From positions 1-24,095 of the forward strand of contig JBMSQQ010000052.1 of the NCBI GenBank assembly GCA_049423385.1: a stretch of 24,095 nt of DNA, given 5' to 3'. The first letter of the stretch is position 1; every line of letters begins with the position of its first letter. Under the pieces are notes generated by a model. It made no database searches. It worked only from the letters and a program-made list of their open reading frames with translations, and was not told the origin of the DNA. Origin of the DNA: Silvanigrellaceae bacterium (GTDB taxonomy: Bacteria; Bdellovibrionota_B; Oligoflexia; Silvanigrellales; Silvanigrellaceae). A program made the position numbers and the translations under genes. Below are positions 1-7,430 of this stretch, in pieces.

Positions 1-1
1 T

Positions 2-502
2 CCCAATATTCATCTGGCCTGGATATTCTCGCCGGTCAAGAACAGTGACCGCTATCTTCAGACAGTGTCTCTCCCGATTCGTTTCATACCTGAACGGTAC
101 TTTGCCCGGGGACCGCTGCGCGAACTCGAGAACATTCTTGCGACAGACCTCGCCTACGATGCAAACAACCCCGATTTTTCATTCAATCTGAACAACAAAA
201 ATGAAATGATACCGATTCTTTCCTGGTGGGGGAAACTCGAAAACGATGTCGTTTTGCTGGTTCAAGTCATCACTCCCCAATTCAGGCAAACCCGTGGCAA
301 CGTGATCAAGAACAGCGATGGCACAGCGATTGGTACAGGTTTCAAACCATCAATGGCCGTCATTCCTCCACGACCTTTCAATCGGATCATGTTTTTCACT
401 GCGGCGCCAACCCAAACCGAGAAGAGTATCGTGATTTTATCAAACCGCTCCGAATCAGCAGACATTGCCAAGGAATCCAATCTCTACTCTTGCCTGTTTT
501 AA
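2..502 (+). CDS. Hypothetical protein, 5'-truncated by the window edge
   Basis: Frame is open from position 2 (PNIHLAWIFSPVKNSDRYLQTVSLP...) to TAA at 500-502. The stop overlaps the AAGGAG RBS of the next gene. No motif recognised. Confidence 0.6.
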   Translation, partial: PNIHLAWIFSPVKNSDRYLQTVSLPIRFIPERYFARGPLRELENILATDLAYDANNPDFSFNLNNKNEMIPILSWWGKLENDVVLLVQVITPQFRQTRGNVIKNSDGTAIGTGFKPSMAVIPPRPFNRIMFFTAAPTQTEKSIVILSNRSESADIAKESNLYSCLF

Positions 503-516
503 GGAGCTTTGCGGAA

Positions 517-2229
517 TTGCTTCCTGAACGAAACATAACCTACAGACATCTGGCAGCGGAATTCGACTCCGAAGATTCAGCGATGGTTCGTGAGGCCATC
601 CGCTTCCTTAAAACATCGAAGCCGGACGATTTTGAATCAGCAGCCCGTTGGTTTGGCTACTTTCAGGAACTTTCGGATGCAGTCAACGAAGCTCAAACAA
701 GACTTGACCTGTTGATTTCGCTCAACAACCAAAATGCTGAATACGTTGAACGGGTGCAGAAATTTGAGCGGGATATTCTTGCTCAACTCATCGAAGCGCG
801 TGCAGAACTCATGGACATATATCTCGCTTCCAGCTGGCGTGGTTCGATGCATCCTGATGACCGCGGAAAAATCCACTCGGAAATTCTCCTGCGCAGAAAA
901 TTCGCCTCCGTCGATTTGGGACCATTGCAGATTGAAGAGAACCAGTTGGTGAGGGACTTCAAGAATTTTTCTGCAAACACCACTTGCCTCTATTTCGGCA
1001 GACAAACTCCCATTGGAATTGTGATTGGAAAATTGAATGATCCACGCCCGGAAATTCGAAAGGAAGCATTCTATTCCCACTGGCGGTGCATCAAGGAATC
1101 CCAGGAATGGCTGGAAGACCTTTTTACGCGCCTCCTGAAGAATAGAATACAGCAGGCCAAAGTCTCTGGAGCGTCATCCTATATTGAATTGTGTTTTTCC
1201 GACCTCGGCAGATTCGACTATACGGCCGCAGACTGTTCCACGTTCCGCAAAAGCATCATGAATGAAATAACTCCGCTTGTTCGCAATCTTCAGAGCCGAC
1301 AACTCCTGAGTCTTGGCACCCCCACATTGAAGCCGTGGGATATGAATATCTGGCCACGCTTTATTCCCAACGAACCTCCAGCCCAGGGAGATGTTGGCGA
1401 AATCATCAATGCCGCGGGACGCATCGTGGAGAAAATACATCCCGGATTTGGAGTTTTTTATCGCAAGCTGATTGAGCGGAAATGCATTGACGTTCACCCC
1501 CGCAACCACAAATCGCCCGGCGCTTTTTGCGTCGTCCTTCCCGAATCAGGCACACCGTTTATTTTTGGAAACTTTGCCGGGCACTTCCGCGATGCATTCA
1601 CTCTCCTTCATGAATTTGGACACGCCTTGCATGGTTCCTCGTCGTTGCAGATCCGGAACACACTCCTGCGTCACCCGGGACTGGAATTTTGTGAAGTTGC
1701 TTCCATGGGAATGGAGTTTCTCGCACAGCCCTTTCTGAATGAATTCTGGCCAAGAACTGGCGATTCCGCGCGTGCCTGGGGACTGCATTGTTTCAATGCT
1801 CTTCAGTTTTGGCCTTTCATGGCCATGCTGGATGAGTGGCAACACACCGTCTATGCGCAGGAGCTTTTGGATCCGGACGACCGGAATGCTCTTTGGAAAG
1901 AACTCAATTCACGCTACCGACCCGGTGTCGATTGGACAGACGCAGAAGAATTTGAAGAACTGGGCTGGATCAGCCGTCCACACCCCATGACATCGCCGTT
2001 TTATTACATCGATTATGGCATTGCCCAATTGGGAGCGGTGGAACTTTGGATGAAGAGCGGGTCATCTTACCCCAAGGCAGTGCAGAACTACATTGATGGA
2101 CTGAGTCTGGGCGCCCAGCGCACCCTGCCGCAGTTGTTTGAAGCGACGGAATTGAAATTCGATTTCTCACAAAAATGGGTGGGCACGCTGGGTCGGGTCT
2201 TGTTCGACGAAATCGAGAGTCTGCTCTGA
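517..2229 (+). CDS. M3 family (M3B, PepF-like) oligoendopeptidase
   Basis: Zinc motif HEFGH, third ligand in EFCEVASMGME, K-PGAFC segment and C-terminal PFYYIDYGIAQLGA. Start placed at in-frame TTG 517, downstream of AAGGAG (501-506), giving 570 aa. The ORF-track start at 226 overlaps the upstream gene. Confidence 0.9.
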   Translation: MLPERNITYRHLAAEFDSEDSAMVREAIRFLKTSKPDDFESAARWFGYFQELSDAVNEAQTRLDLLISLNNQNAEYVERVQKFERDILAQLIEARAELMDIYLASSWRGSMHPDDRGKIHSEILLRRKFASVDLGPLQIEENQLVRDFKNFSANTTCLYFGRQTPIGIVIGKLNDPRPEIRKEAFYSHWRCIKESQEWLEDLFTRLLKNRIQQAKVSGASSYIELCFSDLGRFDYTAADCSTFRKSIMNEITPLVRNLQSRQLLSLGTPTLKPWDMNIWPRFIPNEPPAQGDVGEIINAAGRIVEKIHPGFGVFYRKLIERKCIDVHPRNHKSPGAFCVVLPESGTPFIFGNFAGHFRDAFTLLHEFGHALHGSSSLQIRNTLLRHPGLEFCEVASMGMEFLAQPFLNEFWPRTGDSARAWGLHCFNALQFWPFMAMLDEWQHTVYAQELLDPDDRNALWKELNSRYRPGVDWTDAEEFEELGWISRPHPMTSPFYYIDYGIAQLGAVELWMKSGSSYPKAVQNYIDGLSLGAQRTLPQLFEATELKFDFSQKWVGTLGRVLFDEIESLL

Positions 2230-2241
2230 GTTTTTCACAAT

Positions 2242-2272
2242 AAAAAAAGGACCCCTGGAAGGGTCCCTCTTT
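2242..2272 (-). terminator. Intrinsic terminator of rpsO, possibly bidirectional
   Basis: GGACCC (2249-2254) / GGGTCC (2261-2266) stem. A7 at 2242-2248 gives a U7 tail on the minus strand; weaker CTCTTT tail on the plus strand. Lies between convergent genes. Confidence 0.8.
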
Positions 2273-2293
2273 GATTGAATGCATTCCGAAGAA

Positions 2294-2563
2294 TTACTTG
2301 CGGATGTTCAATGCGCCGATCAAGGTCGTGTAACGGCCTTCATCCTTGCTGCGCAGGTAATCCAACAAGCAGCGACGTTGACTCACGAGCTTGAGCAGAC
2401 CGCGGCGACCTGCGAAATCTTTTTTGTGGACCTTGAAATGTTCGGTCAGCATGTTGATGCGCTCGGTCAGAAGAGCAACCTGAACTTCGGTCGAACCCGT
2501 GTCTTTTGCGTGGCGCTTGTACTTGCCGATGATCTCTTCGCGTTGCTGAGTGGTCTGTTGCAT
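2294..2563 (-). CDS. rpsO: 30S ribosomal protein S15
   Basis: 89 aa with [13 protein letters not shown] and [20 protein letters not shown] signatures; AAGGAG RBS upstream. Confidence 0.98.
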   Translation of the reverse strand: MQQTTQQREEIIGKYKRHAKDTGSTEVQVALLTERINMLTEHFKVHKKDFAGRRGLLKLVSQRRCLLDYLRSKDEGRYTTLIGALNIRK

Positions 2564-2680
2564 GATAGGTCTCCTTGCATGCTTTTGCGCGGAAATTCCG
2601 CTTTTGTTAATGGGTCAAAACCAGACGAGGGACGGCTGACCAAAGCCTTGTCCGCAAAACCAGTCATGACCTCTCCGACG
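2564..2680 (-). promoter_or_regulatory. Structured rpsO 5' leader, candidate S15 autoregulatory RNA
   Basis: Nested pairings: GGTCA 2613-2617 with TGACC 2667-2671, and an inner GGAC-GGCT/AGCC-GTCC hairpin at 2630-2653. A separate GCGGAA-A-TTCCGC palindrome lies at 2589-2601. rpsO leaders are known S15-binding operators in several phyla. Confidence 0.45.
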
Positions 2681-2684
2681 CGAT

Positions 2685-2713
2685 GGGCTAACACCCCCTC
2701 CACAGAAAGGCAA
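2685..2713 (-). promoter_or_regulatory. Possible sigma70-type promoter for rpsO
   Basis: Minus strand reads TTGCCT-N17-TAGCCC just upstream of the structured leader; the -10 match is weak. Confidence 0.25.
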
Positions 2714-2721
2714 GTTGGAAA

Positions 2722-4047
2722 ATGCTGCCGTTATCAACCTCGCCCCGATGCAGACTTCCCCAGGGATTTGGCCTGGGCGGGCACATTCCAACATCGGTTT
2801 TCAATGCCGCGGATTCTTTCAGCCAAATTGAATTGGGCTTCCCTGACGGCGCCAACAGTTCCGAATTATTGATGTTGAAGGCCATCATCGAATCGATGCG
2901 AGGAGCCGGGGAAACAATTCCAAATCCGGCCGTGGGCTGCCTTGTGACCCAAAACGGCAAAATTGTCGCACGCGGTGCCACGGAAAAGCTTGGAGGTCGT
3001 CATGCCGAGCGGGTTGCTTTCGACAATGCCAAGGAAAATCGGATAAGTACGTCTGGATCGGACGTCTATGTGACGCTTGAGCCGTGTTCACACCACGGCA
3101 GGCAGCCACCCTGTTGTGATCTTTTCAAGGGCGCCGGGGTACGGCAACTCTTCGTGTCCATTCCGGATCCCAATCCGGCCGTGAATGGACGTGGCCTTTC
3201 ATTTGTCAAAAACGAAGTCGAGAGCCTGCACGTTGGACTTGGCAGAGCGGCCGCAACCGCTTGGCATCTGCCTTTTCTTTGCCAACAACGGCTTTCAAGA
3301 CCTCTTGTCGTGGGCAAGTGGGCGCAAACCCTGGATGGAGCCCTGGCTGATACATCGGGTGAGTCGAAATGGATCACCGGGCCCATGGCCCGCGCCTATG
3401 GGCATTGGCTCCGCCTCAAATACGATGTGACCGCCATTGGTCTCACAACACTGCTCAACGATCAGCCATCGCTGAATGTCAGGGACTGTTGGCGTCCCAA
3501 CAATCGACAACCCAACGTCTGCATCATTGATGCCTTGGGAGAGGCGTCACTGGATGAATCAAGGCTTTTGACGGGTCTCGTCCGAATCCAGAACGCTGCC
3601 TCGAACCGAAAGGTCGCGCTCGCAACCACCGTGGAAAACCGGAGCCGCCTGCTCGGAAGGCTACCGAATTCGATTGATATTTTGGACTTGCCCGACGCGA
3701 GTAACGAATCGGGTCCGCTCTCGCACGCACACGCCATCCACCAGTTCTGGAATTCCCGACAAATGCAGGAATGGCTCGGTCGACCTGCACAGAGCATCTT
3801 TATTGAGGGAGGTGCGAAACTGCTTTCGTCCATGCTCGAAATTAACGCATTGGATGTGATGCATGTTTTCGTTGCACCCATGCTGCTTGCCGGACAAGGA
3901 AGGCGCATCGGGCGCGAAAATGACCCCTCACCAAAGCTTTCGGACGCGGCGCATTTTGACGTTCTCTCCACGTTCGCCCTTGGCAATGATATGCTTGTTG
4001 AACTGGCTGCCAAGCACACAGTGACAGAGTTCTTTTCCGAAGGATGA
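2722..4047 (+). CDS. ribD: Bifunctional riboflavin deaminase/reductase RibD
   Basis: PNPAVG, HAE and TLEPCSHHGRQPPC deaminase motifs; K-AQTLDG, SKWITG and IEGG reductase motifs. The start is uncertain because ~45 aa precede the canonical N-terminus. Confidence 0.93.
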   Translation: MLPLSTSPRCRLPQGFGLGGHIPTSVFNAADSFSQIELGFPDGANSSELLMLKAIIESMRGAGETIPNPAVGCLVTQNGKIVARGATEKLGGRHAERVAFDNAKENRISTSGSDVYVTLEPCSHHGRQPPCCDLFKGAGVRQLFVSIPDPNPAVNGRGLSFVKNEVESLHVGLGRAAATAWHLPFLCQQRLSRPLVVGKWAQTLDGALADTSGESKWITGPMARAYGHWLRLKYDVTAIGLTTLLNDQPSLNVRDCWRPNNRQPNVCIIDALGEASLDESRLLTGLVRIQNAASNRKVALATTVENRSRLLGRLPNSIDILDLPDASNESGPLSHAHAIHQFWNSRQMQEWLGRPAQSIFIEGGAKLLSSMLEINALDVMHVFVAPMLLAGQGRRIGRENDPSPKLSDAAHFDVLSTFALGNDMLVELAAKHTVTEFFSEG

Positions 4048-4056
4048 ACGCAGACA

Positions 4057-5106
4057 ATGTCGGAAACAACGCCGCATAGCGAAATTCCAATCCCACAGGG
4101 CGCCGCATTGTTGATCCCGGAAGCACAGTCTGTTGCGCCTTTCAAAACCGACAAACTTACACCACTGCTTTTGAGATTCTTGAACAGACTCAAACAAACA
4201 GGAAAATCGGTCCACACAATCTCGGCTTATCGCAACGACCTCTCAACTTTTTGCCAATTCCTGATTGAGGAATGCATCGACCCGAGAGATTTTCAGTCGC
4301 GTTTCCAGGACCGATGGACTCATTATCTTGTGACTCACGGCCGAAAATCACCTGCGAGTATCCGAAGGGCCTTGATGAGCGCCCGGACTTTTCTACATTT
4401 CCTGATCAAGGAAAAAATCATCGAACGATCACCACTGCTCGAAGCGAAATCACCAAAACAACCTGCACACGAACTCTTGGTTGTAAAATCCGAGCACTAC
4501 CACACGCTTGTCAATCGCCTCTCTTCAAGCGCAAGGTCAGGTGATCCCAAGGCCATCCGCGACCTCGCACTTATTCAACTTCTCGGCGAATGCGGACTCA
4601 AGGCATCGGAAGCGGCGCAAATCAAGTGGTGTGACATTCTGGTCGAAGGACAACCATCAGATGAAGGCTGCAACGTCACAATAAGAATTGCCGGGCAGAA
4701 CGAACGCATGGTGAAAGGCGATTCGGGTATCGCAAAGACACTCTCCGATTTGCGTTCAGCCCGAATTCATCTGTCGCTCAGCGCAGAACCCCAAGACAAA
4801 CTCTTCTTCGGTTTTTTGAACGTCAGTCGAAGATTGAAGTCAGGCGGCCTGCACCGGCATGGTGTGAAATTTGTCATCTATGAAGTTTGCGAAGAAATTA
4901 TCGGAGTCCCTTACAACTCGGAAAGCCTGCGCAATCACGCCATCATGCGCTGGCTCGACATGGGTCTGAGCAGCCAACAAGTTGCACAGCTGGCGGGATA
5001 TTCTTCATTGAATTCACTGGAACGGTTCCGCACCAAGGCGGGAAACAACCGTCGGCCAATGCGCAAAACAAGAAAAACGGGCATTGAAGGAAACAATTCC
5101 AAATGA
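4057..5106 (+). CDS. XerC/XerD-like tyrosine recombinase-fold protein with a degenerate catalytic site
   Basis: N-terminal core-binding domain (S-HTISAYRNDL, SPASIRRAL), box I IRDLALIQLL-ECGLKASE, box II SESLRNH...VAQLAGYSSLNSLERF. Catalytic positions are substituted (see findings). Confidence 0.85.
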   Translation: MSETTPHSEIPIPQGAALLIPEAQSVAPFKTDKLTPLLLRFLNRLKQTGKSVHTISAYRNDLSTFCQFLIEECIDPRDFQSRFQDRWTHYLVTHGRKSPASIRRALMSARTFLHFLIKEKIIERSPLLEAKSPKQPAHELLVVKSEHYHTLVNRLSSSARSGDPKAIRDLALIQLLGECGLKASEAAQIKWCDILVEGQPSDEGCNVTIRIAGQNERMVKGDSGIAKTLSDLRSARIHLSLSAEPQDKLFFGFLNVSRRLKSGGLHRHGVKFVIYEVCEEIIGVPYNSESLRNHAIMRWLDMGLSSQQVAQLAGYSSLNSLERFRTKAGNNRRPMRKTRKTGIEGNNSK

Positions 5107-6011
5107 GCGAAATCATCGGGCATTGTGAAATTCTGGAATTGGTCGGCTCAGGTGGACTGGGAGAAGTTTATCGGGCCAAATACGTCAAGACAGGCAACAT
5201 CGTTGCGCTCAAGCGTCTGCACGAAAAGTATCAGACAAACCCGAAATTGCTGGGTTTGTTCCACAAGGAAATCCTGATGCACGCGCAGGTTTCGCACAAG
5301 CATTGCGTGAAGTTCATTGAAGCAGACCTGACGCCACCGAATGCACATATCGTCACAGAGTTCATCGAAGGTATCAATTGCCATTACCTTGTGAAAAAGG
5401 TTGGACCACTTCCACCCCTGGTGGCTTGCAGCATCACTCTGGATTTGCTCCAGGGACTCGATCACATTCACTGTCTCGACATGATTCACTCGGACCTCAC
5501 ACCTGCAAACATCCTGCTCGAAGTCACCGGTCGCACGGTGCTCGCGGACTTTGGCCTCAGCTGCAATCAGGAAGTTGAAGACTACGAAGGGATGACAGTT
5601 GGTACTCCTGGCTATCAGGCACCCGAGAGATTGCAGCACGAACCGATGACGCCACTGGCCGACATTTACAATGCAGGGATCATCCTGCACGAGCTTCTCA
5701 CAGGCGATCGAATTTTCCCGAATCCCGATCCAAAAGATGTGATGGCTCGAATGAAGAACTTGCCAAACAAGATTCACACCAGTGGTGACGCAAAGGTTGA
5801 CGAATACATTCAAAAAATGCTCAAAACTGCGCTTCATCTGAACCCGCAAAAACGTTTCCCCTCTGCGCGAGATTTCATGTTTGCCCTGTATCAGGTGCTC
5901 AAGGCATACGACATCCGCTACACGAGAAGAGCAATTTTGCAGTGGATGGCAGACGTGAGAATCACGAAAAACAAACCCGTCGAACCCAAGCAAACCATCT
6001 ACATCAGATGA
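5103..6011 (+). CDS. Cytoplasmic Hanks-type Ser/Thr protein kinase (non-RD)
   Basis: GSGGLG, VALK37, E56, HSDLTPAN, DFG and GTPGYQAPE motifs; no TM segment. ATGA overlaps with both neighbouring genes. Confidence 0.92.
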   Translation: MSEIIGHCEILELVGSGGLGEVYRAKYVKTGNIVALKRLHEKYQTNPKLLGLFHKEILMHAQVSHKHCVKFIEADLTPPNAHIVTEFIEGINCHYLVKKVGPLPPLVACSITLDLLQGLDHIHCLDMIHSDLTPANILLEVTGRTVLADFGLSCNQEVEDYEGMTVGTPGYQAPERLQHEPMTPLADIYNAGIILHELLTGDRIFPNPDPKDVMARMKNLPNKIHTSGDAKVDEYIQKMLKTALHLNPQKRFPSARDFMFALYQVLKAYDIRYTRRAILQWMADVRITKNKPVEPKQTIYIR

Positions 6012-6811
6012 AATCGCCTCACACCGGAAAACGAATTGTTTCCCTGGTTCCGAGCCTGACGGAAACACTTTGCCGTTTTGGATTGATCGATTCAGTGGTG
6101 GCCTGCACCAGCTTTTGCGTTGAGCCACGTGAACTGCGTTCGAAGGTGCCCTCAGTGGGCGGAACAAAAGACCCCCGCATGGAAGAAATCATTGCGCTGA
6201 AACCAACCCATGTTGTCGTCAACAGCGAAGAAAACACAACAAAATTCATCGATCAATTGAACGTTGAAAAAGACAAGTCTGGATTTGAGGTTCTGGAAAC
6301 ATTCATCGAGAAGCCGGAAGACAATTTCGCGCTTGTCACCTTATTGGGAAAAACCTTCGACTTTAGTCATGAAGCAAAAGTCTGGGTGGAACACCAAAAA
6401 AATTCCTTGCTCGATCTCAGAGAAAATTCAAAAAATCTCAGCCCATTCCTTTACAGCTATTTTATATGGATGAATCCATGGATGGTTGCAGGCGATCGAA
6501 CCTACATCGCTTCAACACTCGCACTTGTTGGGGGAACAAACACGATTTCGACATCCAGCAATCTGGACGAGCGCTATCCTGCAATCGAAGCAAGGGATGA
6601 CCGATTGTCGAATGCGAATGTTCTTCTGTTTTCATCTGAACCATATCCATTCAAAAATCGGCATATTGAAGAATTTCGTCGTCAGTCTGAATTAAAGCAG
6701 CCAATGCTCAAAGTTGATGGACAAGCGCTGAGTTGGTATGGCAGCCGATTTGAACAAACCTTGCAGTACCTCGGGAGGCTCCGTGAAGAAATTCAAAAAT
6801 CGCTGGATTAA
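6008..6811 (+). CDS. Helical-backbone metal receptor (BtuF/cobalamin or Fe-siderophore binding-protein-like)
   Basis: RIVSLVPSLTETL, VGGTKDP, IIALKP, SSEPYPF and VDG-LSWYG motifs. ATG at 6008 overlaps the kinase stop codon (ATGA). Confidence 0.85.
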   Translation: MKSPHTGKRIVSLVPSLTETLCRFGLIDSVVACTSFCVEPRELRSKVPSVGGTKDPRMEEIIALKPTHVVVNSEENTTKFIDQLNVEKDKSGFEVLETFIEKPEDNFALVTLLGKTFDFSHEAKVWVEHQKNSLLDLRENSKNLSPFLYSYFIWMNPWMVAGDRTYIASTLALVGGTNTISTSSNLDERYPAIEARDDRLSNANVLLFSSEPYPFKNRHIEEFRRQSELKQPMLKVDGQALSWYGSRFEQTLQYLGRLREEIQKSLD

Positions 6812-7424
6812 AACTTCGGCATTCATTGCTTTTGCAGGAATGGCTGCGGTCCTTTCCCAGCACCTCGCTGCCTCGTCGGGCACTGCAACAACACCATCCG
6901 CCTCAATTTCTGCTCCGGTTGCGGCAACAATCGTGGGTCAGTCCAAAGATTCTGTAGCAGCCGCTGCAAACACTCCCACGTATACGGTCGTTTCCTGCAA
7001 TGACGGTGACACCTGTCGCCTGAAAGCAACTGACAACACTCAAATCAAAGTCCGGCTTGTTGGTATCGACGCACCCGAGACGGGAAAAAAGAGCAAAAGA
7101 AAGCAAAAGGAAGGACAGGCGGGAGGAATTGAGGCCAAGGAGTTTCTCAACCAGCTTGTTGTTGGAAAAACCGTCACTCTGCGCAGCTATGGCGCAGACC
7201 CCTATGGACGCAACCTTGCCGAAATCATCATCGACAATGAACCTGCGAATCTGAAAATGGTCTCTGAAGGCATGGCGGAAGTTTATCGCGGCAAGCCGCC
7301 GAAGGGATTTAATCTTCAGCCCTACCTCACAGCTCAGGAAGAGGCCGTCAGGAGCAAAAAGGGAATCTGGAAAAACGATCAATATGAAAGCCCAAAAGAT
7401 TTTCGCAAACGCATGAAAAATTGA
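6783..7424 (+). CDS. Secreted thermonuclease (SNase) family nuclease
   Basis: DGDT, RLVGIDAPE and DPYGR catalytic motifs are intact. GTG 6783 follows GGAGG (6774-6778) and yields a basic-plus-hydrophobic signal peptide, then an Ala/Thr/Ser linker. Alternative ATG at 6738. Confidence 0.88.
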   Translation: MKKFKNRWIKTSAFIAFAGMAAVLSQHLAASSGTATTPSASISAPVAATIVGQSKDSVAAAANTPTYTVVSCNDGDTCRLKATDNTQIKVRLVGIDAPETGKKSKRKQKEGQAGGIEAKEFLNQLVVGKTVTLRSYGADPYGRNLAEIIIDNEPANLKMVSEGMAEVYRGKPPKGFNLQPYLTAQEEAVRSKKGIWKNDQYESPKDFRKRMKN

Positions 7425-7430
7425 GGAAGC

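Noticed and set aside
226..516. N-terminal extension of the M3 peptidase
   Set aside because: Overlaps the upstream CDS in another frame. A strong RBS plus TTG at 517 gives a family-typical length.
2564..2721. FMN riboswitch upstream of ribD
   Set aside because: No recognisable RFN consensus segments; the structure is better placed as the rpsO leader.
4057..5106. Integrase marking a prophage or genomic island
   Set aside because: No att-like repeats, tRNA, phage genes or composition shift seen. The gene is embedded in an operon with ribD and its catalytic residues are missing.
5148..6167. 339-aa antisense ORF, and similar long ORFs opposite uvrC, ligA, ftsK and leuS
   Set aside because: Shadow ORFs on the reverse strand of well-supported genes, with no recognisable motifs.
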